From positions 10-64,009 of the forward strand of contig DDTZ01000055.1 in NCBI GenBank assembly GCA_002344565.1: a stretch of 64,000 bases of DNA, in the 5' to 3' direction. This stretch comes from Bdellovibrionaceae bacterium UBA2351. GTDB lineage: Bacteria; Bdellovibrionota; Bdellovibrionia; Bdellovibrionales; Bdellovibrionaceae. The position numbers were made by a program, and so were the translations under genes. This document shows positions 1 to 9,866 of the stretch, piece after piece. The notes under the pieces were generated by a model. It made no database searches. It was not told the origin of the DNA and saw only the letters and a program-made list of their open reading frames with translations. Each line of letters opens with the position of its first letter. Positions within the stretch are counted from its first letter, which is position 1.

Positions 1-486
1 AGTTAATTTTTCGATACCTGCAGTTTTAGCAATTAAAAAACCACCATCTGATGTTTTCACGATACCTTTAACTGCGGCACTTAATGCAGTTGTATTCGAC
101 GAGAAAATTGTACGTGTAGGATTTGCTGATTTGGGTAGTTTTTCGATGCGACGACCAGAGGCATTTTCAACAAGTATCATTAAATTTGAAGAATCAACGT
201 CAACCAATCCCACTGGCGAGTCTCCAGGGTTGGCGGGTAGACTAAAATAGTCGGCGATGCTCAGTTCTTTTTGACCCGTGGTTAGGTTTAAACGGTAAGT
301 TTGGTTCGCTGCCGTCGCCGTTGTAAATGTTGTATTCGTTCCCGAGTAGCATGCGCCAGTGGAAACGTATAGATGTTTTGGAACTACAGTTGAAACTGGC
401 TCAACGACGGGAGTTTCTTCTTTCTTTTTTTCGTTGCATGCAGTCAGTATCAAAATGAAAAACAAAAAAAATTTACCGAGTTTCAT
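1..486 (-). CDS. Lipoprotein of unknown function (N-terminal 162 codons; C-terminus runs off the left edge)
   Basis: Absent from the ORF track because there is no stop in the window. The reverse-strand ATG at 486-484 gives MKLGKFFLFFILILTACNEKKK, a signal peptide with lipobox L-T-A-C. I checked all 162 codons down to position 1 and found no stop. Confidence 0.5.
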   Translation of the reverse strand, partial: MKLGKFFLFFILILTACNEKKKEETPVVEPVSTVVPKHLYVSTGACYSGTNTTFTTATAANQTYRLNLTTGQKELSIADYFSLPANPGDSPVGLVDVDSSNLMILVENASGRRIEKLPKSANPTRTIFSSNTTALSAAVKGIVKTSDGGFLIAKTAGIEKLT

Positions 487-614
487 GTGTACCTCACATA
501 AGTTATCGGTAAACAACCATTTGATCTTTAAAAAATCTTTACAACGTATCGTTGTGAGACACTGACGAGTCTAGGGACTCGTCAGATTCGGACATTAGAC
601 TAACACCGCGATGA

Positions 615-2927
615 CTAATCGATCGCGTTCAATGAAGGAAGTGGACATTTTAATTCTGAACGCTTTTGGTTCATTAATTTGCCGAAATCATCAAGACTTA
701 GAGATTTCGGTGTCGCTTTCGATTTCATTTTATCGTAGCGCTCTTGAATTAACGATTTAACTTTTGAGTTAAATGTTTTTCCACCACGGCAGAATGTGAT
801 GATCTGATCGCTTGTATCATTTACGTAAGGATCAATCATGTCACACATGAACTGAGCTGAACCCAAATAGTCTTTAGACGCTTTATATTTTAAATACGCT
901 TCTTGTAGTTGCTGGCAAGCTACTTCGTACTGGCGTGAGCCTTTGGGTAGAGTCTTAACGTTGATGTTTTCAAGACGGCTTAGTGTATTTAAATCTTTCA
1001 TCATCGCTTTGTCTTGATCTGCCCAGTTCCAAGATTTTTTAGGATCTGGTTGTGCCTGATTTGGATTGCTGATTTGTAAAGAGCCTTTTTGTAAAAGCTT
1101 AACGAAATCAGTGAAGCGACTTAACGATACTCGGTGCATATCCATGTTGTTATCAAGCCACGCATACACAGGAGACTTAGATGTGGAAATACCGAATAGA
1201 GTGTTTGAACGGAACAAGCTTGCTTTTAATTCTTGAGAACGTTGATCAAGTTCGCTACGGATGTAAACAGCGTCTGGGCGAGCCATTTCGCGTAGAACTT
1301 TGATCACGCGATCCATTGAACCTTTTTCTGACTTAAGCTTTTTGTACTGAGCATTCCAAACTTTGTACTCATCGCTTTGAGTTAACAAATTTTCGATTTC
1401 CTTAATTTCTTTGTTAACGATTTTATCAGAGTAAACGATGATTTCGTACATACGTTTCATCCAAGTTTTCGTTTCTTCAGCGCAAAGTGGAGTTGCTTTA
1501 GCTGCTTCTACGATATCATCGCCAAGAGCTTTGCCAACTAGGATGCCAAGACGATTTCTTGATTTAGTAAACGCCAAATATAACTCATCAGATTCAGTTT
1601 GGACTTGCGGGTCCACTATGCCAGTGCCGGTAATTGATGTTGTACTGCTGCTGGTAGTGTTCAGCTTGCTAGCTTCGACTGCTGTTTCCAAGATACGTAA
1701 CGTACTTGCAGGGAAAGTCTCTGCATCTTTGCTTTTCTTAACCAATGAAGAACCTACTAAGCAGATACGTTCTTTGTCATCTTCGGCAGCTTTGATTTTA
1801 GCATTGTAGAAGTTCATATTGTATTTATCCTCTACAATCTTAGCTTCTAAATCCGTGATGATCTTTTCCGTTTGATATTTATACTGCATCAAAGGAAGTA
1901 GGTTTGAAGATGGGTTTGTGTAACGAGCGCGGTAGGCTTCGATATTTTTAAACAAATTATCTTTGATATCCGTTAAACGACCTTCCTCGCCTAATTGTAA
2001 GAAATCGATTTTTTGCCTTACTTTCACGAATTGACACGTGTTTTGTAAAATTGCTTTTCTAACTTCTGGATTGTTTAGATCAAGAGAGTTAGCGCGTGCG
2101 TACTGGTCAAATCCCTTAATTGCTGTCGTAGCGTATACACCACCCATTAGGGCTACTTTTGTTGCGATACCAATGGCTGGGTTAGCTGCGGCTAACACAA
2201 GACCGATAGGTGCTAAGTTATTTAGGATATCATTTACTGCTAAAAGTGCCGTACCTAAACTTGACTTTGAAGGTCCGCAGTTTTTGTTCAATAGTTTGTT
2301 GTTAGACAAATTGTTGGCAATGTTAGTCACGCCAGACACCGCGTCTGTAATAATACGCTCAACATCACGCGTGCTAGCTGTTGCTGCTAAATTTGGATCA
2401 GCTTGAATTTGTTGTAACTGAGTTACTAGGTTTCTGATTTTTTCAGAATCAGAATAGAAATCTGTGTATTGATTATTTTGCTGTTGCTGACACTCAGGGT
2501 TCACGCGCATCGAAGAGGTCAATGCATCAAGGGCTCTGAAAATTGAATCGTAAGGATTTGATTCAAACAATGGGCAGTAAAATTCGTTTGGAACTTGGGC
2601 TACTTGAATTTGCGTGTTTGTTCCCGTGCTTGGGAAAATAGGATTGAAAGACGAACCTGAACCGCCAATTGGAATTGTTCCCGGTAAGCTTGGTAGGGAT
2701 GGAATGCCTGGGATATTTGGTAAACCAGGAATATTAGGATTCGTTGGATCACCCGGTAATTGTGGATCGCCAGGTAAAGACGGTAGTGGGTTTGTTGGAT
2801 CAGTTGGGTTTGTAACTACGATTGGAAACAAATTATCATCAGGTCCGCCCGTTGTTGGTGTTTTCTGTGCTTGCACAGAACTAACAATCAACAAATTCAC
2901 CATGATGATCGATACAAATTTATTCAT
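615..2927 (-). CDS. Large secreted protein of unknown function; Pro-rich N-terminal region, mostly helical body with a central Gly/Ala-rich hydrophobic stretch
   Basis: Long ORF. The signal peptide MNKFVSIIMVNLLIVSSVQAQ starts at the internal ATG 2927 (track start 2951 is a GTG 8 codons upstream). Contains the PLPSLPGDPQLPGDPTNPNIPGLPNIPGIPSLPSLPG tract. I recognise no family motif. Confidence 0.6.
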   Translation of the reverse strand: MNKFVSIIMVNLLIVSSVQAQKTPTTGGPDDNLFPIVVTNPTDPTNPLPSLPGDPQLPGDPTNPNIPGLPNIPGIPSLPSLPGTIPIGGSGSSFNPIFPSTGTNTQIQVAQVPNEFYCPLFESNPYDSIFRALDALTSSMRVNPECQQQQNNQYTDFYSDSEKIRNLVTQLQQIQADPNLAATASTRDVERIITDAVSGVTNIANNLSNNKLLNKNCGPSKSSLGTALLAVNDILNNLAPIGLVLAAANPAIGIATKVALMGGVYATTAIKGFDQYARANSLDLNNPEVRKAILQNTCQFVKVRQKIDFLQLGEEGRLTDIKDNLFKNIEAYRARYTNPSSNLLPLMQYKYQTEKIITDLEAKIVEDKYNMNFYNAKIKAAEDDKERICLVGSSLVKKSKDAETFPASTLRILETAVEASKLNTTSSSTTSITGTGIVDPQVQTESDELYLAFTKSRNRLGILVGKALGDDIVEAAKATPLCAEETKTWMKRMYEIIVYSDKIVNKEIKEIENLLTQSDEYKVWNAQYKKLKSEKGSMDRVIKVLREMARPDAVYIRSELDQRSQELKASLFRSNTLFGISTSKSPVYAWLDNNMDMHRVSLSRFTDFVKLLQKGSLQISNPNQAQPDPKKSWNWADQDKAMMKDLNTLSRLENINVKTLPKGSRQYEVACQQLQEAYLKYKASKDYLGSAQFMCDMIDPYVNDTSDQIITFCRGGKTFNSKVKSLIQERYDKMKSKATPKSLSLDDFGKLMNQKRSELKCPLPSLNAID

Positions 2928-3216
2928 ATTCAATTTCAAACGCCACCTCACCGTTACGCCCGTAAGATATTGAGCCCACTGTCGTTTACCATTTTTGGCT
3001 AGGTAACGCTTTACTATATTTTGCCTAAAGAAAAAAATACAAAAAGTGACATACCACTTTTCGCTACTGTCTTTTTTTCATTGTCTCGGTTTGGGAATTT
3101 CATTTTTAGGTCCTATACAACGCGGTAGTAGCGTTGAGCTTTGGCCGAGTTATTGAAGTATATCTTAGTAAGATGTTTTGTCTCTTGTTGAGACAGCTTA
3201 AAGTAAAAGGTGTGAA

Positions 3217-3948
3217 TTGAAATTATTTGTAAGTATTTTATTAGTAATATCAGTAAGTTACGCTCAACTGAGAACGCCGCAGAGCATCTGGGGTTCCTTG
3301 GAGCGAGTGTCACCACTCAATGATAAAAATTACTTTGAAGTCATGGACAAGCATGCCAAAAAGCTGGGTAAAATTGCTAAAACAAAGCAAATGGATTCAA
3401 AAAAATTGAAACGAGTTAAGCTATTCAAGTTCAAAAGTACTCTTCGTTCATATGCTTACGGTAAAAAATTCTATGTACCTAAACGGGTAAATGTAAATGA
3501 TCCATTTGCGGAAGGTTTGAATAGATCGGTTCCGGCCTATATCCCGCCTTCTCAGAGTGAAGCTGAAGTAATGAAGTTTTTCGGTGATAAAATGATTCAA
3601 AACTGGTTGTCATCTCCGGCGGTAAAAAATTCGTCTTTTGGTAAAGCAGCTAGTTCCGTGGAGCAGGCGATGAAGGTGGAAGCTTCTATTTCTGGTCCTC
3701 CAGCGCCCTTGGGCTCAGGAGAAAAGACGATCGATCACAAGTTTTCGTTTCAGTATCAAGCACTGCAATCTCAAGCTAAGGTGGAATACCATGGTTGGGG
3801 CAGAGCTCACTTTATCCATGATTCTCGAATCGGACAAACTGCATTAGAATTGTCCGAGAGGATTTTCAAAAATAAAGACTTAGTATTTAATCACACAAAA
3901 AACACGATTGAAAATCGAAGCTTTGTTGGTGTGCGCTGGGCTTGGTAG
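3217..3948 (+). CDS. Secreted hypothetical protein
   Basis: TTG start with an AAAGG motif upstream and signal peptide MKLFVSILLVISVSYAQ. No family motif recognised. Confidence 0.45.
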   Translation: MKLFVSILLVISVSYAQLRTPQSIWGSLERVSPLNDKNYFEVMDKHAKKLGKIAKTKQMDSKKLKRVKLFKFKSTLRSYAYGKKFYVPKRVNVNDPFAEGLNRSVPAYIPPSQSEAEVMKFFGDKMIQNWLSSPAVKNSSFGKAASSVEQAMKVEASISGPPAPLGSGEKTIDHKFSFQYQALQSQAKVEYHGWGRAHFIHDSRIGQTALELSERIFKNKDLVFNHTKNTIENRSFVGVRWAW

Positions 3949-3949
3949 C

Positions 3950-5206
3950 CTAGTTAGCAGATCCAATATCTGTTCGAAAATGAATCCCCTGCCATTTTAC
4001 TTTTTCAGCTAGGCTATACGCTTCTTTCAAAGAATTCGCTTTTGAGCTACCAACACCAACAGCACCTAGGACGCGACCACCGTGGGTTACCCATTGGGAG
4101 TTTTCTTTCTTTACTCCCGATGCAATCAGATGCTGTGTTTGGGAGTCTTGAACGGAATCATAGCCCTCAATCAGTAAGCCTTTCTTTGGATTGTCAGGAT
4201 AGCCTGGGCTTGCCAAAACAACACAGCTCGCAAAATTGGAATTGAGCTTAAGTTCGTTGAGCTTCCCTTCAGCCAAGCCAACTAAGAACTGCCCCAGATT
4301 CGTTTCAATCAGTGGCAGAATGCTTTGGGTTTCTGGATCACCCATACGGACATTGTATTCTAACACTGAGGGTTCGTTCCCATTAACCATGATACCTAAG
4401 AAAACCACCCCACGATAGATAGATTCGCCTTTGCTAATTTCTGCTAACGTGGGCTCGATTACTTTTTTTCGAATGTTCTGATCAAGCTCTTTAGAGATTT
4501 CAAGTGGAGCCCATGTTCCCATACCACCCGTGTTTGGACCTTTTTGTCCATTGTATAAACGTTTGTGGTCTTGAGCGATGGGTAACGCTACATAGTCTCT
4601 GCCATTCGTAAAAAATAGATAGCTCAGTTCCCAGCCGGGAGTGAATTGTTCAAGAGCCGCTTTCAAACCAGCTGTTCCCAAGGTTTTTTTAACAAAAATA
4701 TTTTCGGCTGCTGTGTACAGTTCTTCAGGGGTATCGCAAATGAAAACACCCTTTCCAGCAGCTAGGCCATCGGCTTTCAAAACATACGGTGGTGTGAATG
4801 CGTGCACATGTTTTTTGACGTGTTCCACAGAGTCCACAACTACAAATTTGGCAGTGGGAATGCCGGCCTTGACCATAAACTCTTTAGCAAAAATTTTGCT
4901 GCCCTCGAGCTGCGCCCAATGCTGACTTGGGCCAATGACTTTATGACCCAGCTTTCTGAGTTTGTCAGAAACACCGTCTACTAAAGGATCTTCGGGGCCG
5001 ATAAACACAACGTCGTATTTATTGTCTGTACAAATCTGTTCTATAAATGCGAAGTCTTTCAGAGATTTATCTGTGAAACATAAGGCTTCTTGTTTCATTC
5101 CATCGTTTCCGGGTAGCACATGAATATCAGCTGATGGGGTTGTTCGTTTGAACGCTTTAACAAACGCGTGCTCCCTGCCGCCTTGCCCTAATATCAGAAT
5201 TTTCAT
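3950..5206 (-). CDS. purD: Phosphoribosylamine-glycine ligase (GAR synthetase)
   Basis: MKILILGQGGREHAF start at ATG 5206 (track ORF is 10 codons longer). ATP-grasp PurD signatures are present: GPNTGGMGTWAP and VLEYNVRMGDPETQ. Confidence 0.9.
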   Translation of the reverse strand: MKILILGQGGREHAFVKAFKRTTPSADIHVLPGNDGMKQEALCFTDKSLKDFAFIEQICTDNKYDVVFIGPEDPLVDGVSDKLRKLGHKVIGPSQHWAQLEGSKIFAKEFMVKAGIPTAKFVVVDSVEHVKKHVHAFTPPYVLKADGLAAGKGVFICDTPEELYTAAENIFVKKTLGTAGLKAALEQFTPGWELSYLFFTNGRDYVALPIAQDHKRLYNGQKGPNTGGMGTWAPLEISKELDQNIRKKVIEPTLAEISKGESIYRGVVFLGIMVNGNEPSVLEYNVRMGDPETQSILPLIETNLGQFLVGLAEGKLNELKLNSNFASCVVLASPGYPDNPKKGLLIEGYDSVQDSQTQHLIASGVKKENSQWVTHGGRVLGAVGVGSSKANSLKEAYSLAEKVKWQGIHFRTDIGSAN

Positions 5207-5251
5207 GGCCTCTCCTTTACTCGTGGGAAAATCCAAACTAGTCTTTTTCTT

Positions 5252-6433
5252 ATGGAAAAAATAGTATTTATATCAGGCAAAAGAACTCCGTTTGGAGCCT
5301 TTGGTGGTTCCCTCAAAGATGTATCCGCAACTGACCTTACGGTCGCGGCGACTAAAGCCACTCTCCAAGCTGCTGGCTTATCACCCGAGAAAATCGATCA
5401 TTTGGTGCTGGGTAATGTGGTGCAGTCGGGCGCAGATGCGGCTTATATTCCACGACATATCGCTTTAAAGTCAGGTGTACCGATTCCGGTTCCTTCCTAT
5501 TCAGTGAATCGTTTATGCGGAAGTGGTTTTCAGTCTTGGGCGGAAGCTGCGAAAATGATTATGACTGGTGAAGCCACGGCGGTTTTGGCCGGCGGTGTAG
5601 AGCAAATGTCCCAAATTCCGTATGTAGCTAGAAACGTCCGTTTCGGGGGCGTGCGTATGGGAAATTTTGAGTTAGAAGATTACATGACGTCAGCGCTTAC
5701 CGATGCGTATTCAAAAACACCAATGGCCATTACGGCGGAAAACTTGGGTGAGAAGTACGGAATCACGCGTGAGCAATCCGATCGTTACAGCATTCAATCT
5801 CAACAACGTTATGATCAAGCGTTCAAAAAAGGTTATTTTGCAGCAGAAATTGCTCCTGTAACTGTAGAAACTAAAAAAGGTGCGATCGTTGTAGAAAAGG
5901 ATGAACACCCTAAACCAGATTCTACGTTCGAAAAAATTTCGACATTAAAATCTTTGTTCAAAAAAGACGGTTTAGTAACGGCCGCTTCCGCATCAGGTAT
6001 TGTTGATGGGGCAGCGATGAGTTTGCTAACAAGTGAATCAAAGGCTAAAGAATTAGGTCTAAAACCAATGGCGCGCATTTTATCTTGGGCCAGTGTTGGC
6101 TGTGAGCCAACGATCATGGGCATTGGACCAGTCATGGCCTCAAAACAAGCGCTAGCGAAAGCAGGCTTGTCATTAAATCAGATGGACCTAATTGAAGTGA
6201 ATGAGGCGTTCGCGGCTCAGTATTTAGCGGTTGAAAAAGAATTGGGTTTACCGGCTGACAAAACAAACGTAAATGGCGGAGCCATTGCGGTAGGCCATCC
6301 ACTCGGTGCCAGCGGAACGCGTATCATGAATCACCTAGTTTATGAATTACATCGTCGCAATGCTCGCTACGCTCTTGGCAGTGCGTGCATCGGTGGTGGT
6401 CAAGGTATCGCCGTAGTTATTGAGCGAATTTAG
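5252..6433 (+). CDS. Acetyl-CoA C-acetyltransferase (thiolase II)
   Basis: Thiolase motifs VNRLCGSGFQS (active-site Cys), NVNGGAIAVGHPLGASG and GSACIGGGQGIAVVIE; 393 aa. Confidence 0.9.
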   Translation: MEKIVFISGKRTPFGAFGGSLKDVSATDLTVAATKATLQAAGLSPEKIDHLVLGNVVQSGADAAYIPRHIALKSGVPIPVPSYSVNRLCGSGFQSWAEAAKMIMTGEATAVLAGGVEQMSQIPYVARNVRFGGVRMGNFELEDYMTSALTDAYSKTPMAITAENLGEKYGITREQSDRYSIQSQQRYDQAFKKGYFAAEIAPVTVETKKGAIVVEKDEHPKPDSTFEKISTLKSLFKKDGLVTAASASGIVDGAAMSLLTSESKAKELGLKPMARILSWASVGCEPTIMGIGPVMASKQALAKAGLSLNQMDLIEVNEAFAAQYLAVEKELGLPADKTNVNGGAIAVGHPLGASGTRIMNHLVYELHRRNARYALGSACIGGGQGIAVVIERI

Positions 6434-6470
6434 TCTATATTAAGTTCTATCCATAAAGGGGAGGGGTCTT

Positions 6471-8153
6471 TTGAGTGGTTATCTAAATGTCTATGACCTG
6501 ATTGAAGGTCGTTCTCAAGACACTCAAAAGATTTTCTCATTCTACGATGACTATAATCGAGTAACTCAGAAAAGTTTTTCTGAAATCACTCAAGATGTTG
6601 TGGCGATGGCTAAAAAACTGTCGTCTCAGCTAGTGAAGAACGAAATATTTTTTGTTTCGCTTCCTAATACCTATGATTTCCTAGTTGTTTTCTTGGCGTC
6701 GCTAAAAGCCGGTGTGATTGCGGCACCAATTGTGAGTTCCGATTCGATGATGAAATCGGATTACTATGATTACTTGGATCAGATCAAAGCCTACACTCAA
6801 ATTCAAAAAATTTTAGCACTCGATAGTCATAGAACCGAACTTGTGCGGTCTGGCTTTGAGGTGATTTCGATGGCCGATACACAAGGTAGTTCTAATCAGG
6901 AACAGTTTTTAAACAACCCTCAAAAACCAAAGCTTTTACCAAAACATTTGCATGATCAAATTGCCTTTGTTCAATTTTCTTCGGGATCAACATCAGATCC
7001 CAAAGGCGTCATGATTTCGCATAAAGCATTGATCGAGAATATTACGTTGATTCGATTGTCGCTTGAACTGAATGAAAAGTCTGTTTTGCTTTCGTGGATC
7101 CCGTTCTTTCACGACATGGGATTAGTGGGGACTTTGTTGACCGCATTGGTGACTCCGTTTGAGACTCATATTTTAAGACCCATTGATTTTGTTAAGAACC
7201 CTCATAAGTTTTTGGAATTAACAGGTCAGGTCAAAGCCACAGTTTGGGTTGGCCCTGATTCTATGTATCGAATTCTAACTAAGGCCATTCATCAGAAAAA
7301 ACTGGATATCGATTTATCAAGTTTGAAAGTGTGTCTATGTGGCTCAGAACCTGTGCTTCTTGAAACGTTTAATCAGTTTAAGCAAGCTGCTGAGCCCTAT
7401 GGATGGAACCCGCTGACGTTTACGCCTGGGTATGGCCAGGCAGAAAACGTGTTATCAATTTCGTTCGGTATTCTTCGCACGCACATTAAAACTCACGAAA
7501 AAAATAAACGTCAGATAGTTAGCTGTGGAAAACCATCGCGTGATGTGAAAGCCCAAGTCTTGGATGAAAATCAGAAGCTAGTTAAGGATGGCATTGAAGG
7601 CCAGATCTGGATACAGTCGCCAAGTTTATGTTCGGGATATTTAGATAAAGACGATGTTTTTAAATCACAATGTTTGGGTTCTTGGTTTTTTACCGGCGAT
7701 ATCGGATTTATCAAAGACGAAGAACTGTATATTTCGGGGCGATATAAAGATTTGATTATCGTGGACTCGAAAAAATATTTCTCTGTTGATCTTGAGCAAC
7801 GTGTTTGGAATTTAATCGGTCATGATAAGCACGTTAAAAAAGTAGCCGTCGTTGGCAAAGGTGGAATTGGCGGCGATGAATCGATTACAGTATGTGTTGA
7901 GTGGTTAGATTTCATGCCCCCTCTGAGCTTTCGCCAACGCAAAGATTTTAGAAATAAAATTATTCACAATTTAAAAAACCAATTCAAGATAAGCGGCAAA
8001 GATATCGTATACACTGGTGTGAAATCGCTGCCTAGGACGACAAGTGGCAAACTGAAACGCTATCTAATTCGTACTAAGGTATCCAACAGACAGCTAAAAA
8101 ATAGTCTGTGGAATATATTTTGGAGATCTTGGGTTTTTGGAATGGTCAGATAA
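6471..8153 (+). CDS. Fatty acyl-AMP ligase (FAAL) / AMP-dependent synthetase
   Basis: TTG start 5 nt after GGGGAGGGG. Adenylation core FVQFSSGSTSDPKGVMISHKAL is of the FAAL type (QYTSGST-PKGV). C-terminal LPRTTSGKLKR. Confidence 0.75.
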   Translation: MSGYLNVYDLIEGRSQDTQKIFSFYDDYNRVTQKSFSEITQDVVAMAKKLSSQLVKNEIFFVSLPNTYDFLVVFLASLKAGVIAAPIVSSDSMMKSDYYDYLDQIKAYTQIQKILALDSHRTELVRSGFEVISMADTQGSSNQEQFLNNPQKPKLLPKHLHDQIAFVQFSSGSTSDPKGVMISHKALIENITLIRLSLELNEKSVLLSWIPFFHDMGLVGTLLTALVTPFETHILRPIDFVKNPHKFLELTGQVKATVWVGPDSMYRILTKAIHQKKLDIDLSSLKVCLCGSEPVLLETFNQFKQAAEPYGWNPLTFTPGYGQAENVLSISFGILRTHIKTHEKNKRQIVSCGKPSRDVKAQVLDENQKLVKDGIEGQIWIQSPSLCSGYLDKDDVFKSQCLGSWFFTGDIGFIKDEELYISGRYKDLIIVDSKKYFSVDLEQRVWNLIGHDKHVKKVAVVGKGGIGGDESITVCVEWLDFMPPLSFRQRKDFRNKIIHNLKNQFKISGKDIVYTGVKSLPRTTSGKLKRYLIRTKVSNRQLKNSLWNIFWRSWVFGMVR

Positions 8154-8390
8154 ATGTCAAGCAAAGCTCAAATTCAAGAAAAAGTTCAATGCATTTTTAA
8201 AGACCAGTTTAGTGGTGAGACTTTAGATTGGCAGAGAACCTGGGTGGACTATAATTTTTCATCCATTCAGTTGGTATATTTTTTAAAAGATTTGGAAGAT
8301 ACATTTGGACCTATACCTATAGAAGAATTTTATGATCTTGCGAACGCAAACGATTTGGTAAGTTACCTTTTGAAGCGATCTGAAACATAG
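8154..8390 (+). CDS. Acyl carrier protein-like (phosphopantetheine-binding) protein
   Basis: 78 aa acidic helical protein whose ATG directly abuts the FAAL stop (TAAATG). The probable Ppant serine lies in DYNFSSIQLVYFLKDLE. Weaker match than canonical DSL. Confidence 0.55.
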   Translation: MSSKAQIQEKVQCIFKDQFSGETLDWQRTWVDYNFSSIQLVYFLKDLEDTFGPIPIEEFYDLANANDLVSYLLKRSET

Positions 8391-8474
8391 TTTTCTGTAT
8401 ATTCTGTCAAGCCAGCTGGCAAGGGCATCGGTTTAGGTTTAAGTATTTCAAAAAACTTGGAGGAAGCGCTCGGT

Positions 8475-9743
8475 CTATTTCCTTGAAATGAATGTTTCCG
8501 CTTTTTCGTATTGAGCGGGGTCTATATAGATCCTGTCTATTACCCGCGTGCCTTCGTATTTTTTAAAAATCTCTGTCGAATTATTTATAGGTGAGGGTTC
8601 AAACCACTTATCGTACGAATCAACTACAAAGATATCTAATGCTTTATCCGTTGGTGAGCCCGAGTGATACTTAGATAAACGGGCATGTGAAGATGCGTGG
8701 ATTGTTTGAAATCCTTCTTTTTCTAGATCAATTTTTAATTTTTCAAAGCGCTCATTTTCACCGATTGAATGTAACTCAATTAAAACTTTAAACGGTTTAC
8801 GCTGTGAAATTCGCTGCGCCCAAGGGTTTGATGAAAGGCTTAGGTGTTCATAGAGCTTGTAATCATTGTACTTTGTATACTGCTGAATATCAGCGGGCAG
8901 TACGAAATCACATTCTGCAGACGTCAAGTAGCGATTAAGCATTTCTTCGTAAATGATACTTTTGTGATGGAAGTAAACCATCAAATGCATATGGTGGCGT
9001 GAAATCAAGAAATCGTCGAATGAATAAAGTGCTCGACGATTTAGAGCTAAGAACAATTTGTTTTCTTTAACGTGGAAAGTAAGATTTTGAATGAGCCATT
9101 CGATGTCTACTTTGCCGTAGTTTGTGCCGCAGAAATAGCTATCGCGTTCAAGGTAGTCCATTCGGTCGGCATCGAGCTCCGAACTTACGATCTGGCTGAG
9201 TATGGGTCTAAAGTTGATAACACCATCAAAGAAGAAATCATCTTTTTCAGGAAGTGCTTTGTCGATCAATAAAGCTACGTGATACGGTGTGAACTCAAAA
9301 TTTTCCTTAATCACTTCGGTGATGTTGGAGTCTAAAAGAAATTTTAGAGTATAGTCTTCGTGATTTGCTTGGCGTTCATTGCCATCATAGACAGATAATT
9401 TTAATTGTGACAGCTTTGGCATCACTTGCTCTGTCGTGTGGCTTAGTGGGCCGTGTCCCACGTCATGCAACATGGCCGCTAATCGGCACAGCTGGCGATA
9501 CTGGTGTTTCTTGGATGGTTTTTTAAATGGATAAACTTTGAAAATAGAATCAAATACCATTCCCGCAACATGGCTCACACCAAGAGAATGCAAGTAACGA
9601 TTGTGAGTCGCACCTGGAAAGCTAAACTCTGAAAAGCCAAGTTGTTTGATGGCGCGGAGACGTTGAAACTCTAACGTATCTAAAATCTTAACTTCCGAAT
9701 CAGAGAAATACATTGAGCCATGAAGTGGATCGCGAATTTCCAT
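8475..9743 (-). CDS. HD-domain phosphohydrolase (dNTP triphosphohydrolase / SAMHD1-like, COG1078-type)
   Basis: HNRYLHSLGV ... LHDVGHGPLSH ... DADRMDYLERDSYFCG motifs. Confidence 0.8.
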   Translation of the reverse strand: MEIRDPLHGSMYFSDSEVKILDTLEFQRLRAIKQLGFSEFSFPGATHNRYLHSLGVSHVAGMVFDSIFKVYPFKKPSKKHQYRQLCRLAAMLHDVGHGPLSHTTEQVMPKLSQLKLSVYDGNERQANHEDYTLKFLLDSNITEVIKENFEFTPYHVALLIDKALPEKDDFFFDGVINFRPILSQIVSSELDADRMDYLERDSYFCGTNYGKVDIEWLIQNLTFHVKENKLFLALNRRALYSFDDFLISRHHMHLMVYFHHKSIIYEEMLNRYLTSAECDFVLPADIQQYTKYNDYKLYEHLSLSSNPWAQRISQRKPFKVLIELHSIGENERFEKLKIDLEKEGFQTIHASSHARLSKYHSGSPTDKALDIFVVDSYDKWFEPSPINNSTEIFKKYEGTRVIDRIYIDPAQYEKAETFISRK

Positions 9744-9749
9744 ATTGAA

Positions 9750-9866
9750 TTACCAACGTTCTACGATTCTGTAGATGCCTTTTGCCAGCGTATATAACGT
9801 AGCAACGAAGAGACCTAAAAACAGCATTGGGAACCAATTAATCATGAATGATACGAAAATTTCCAT
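9750..9866 (-). CDS. Possible 38-aa small membrane protein (below ORF-track cutoff)
   Basis: MEIFVSFMINWFPMLFLGLFVATLYTLAKGIYRIVERW. Its stop lies 6 nt before the HD-gene ATG. No other support. Confidence 0.2.
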   Translation of the reverse strand: MEIFVSFMINWFPMLFLGLFVATLYTLAKGIYRIVERW

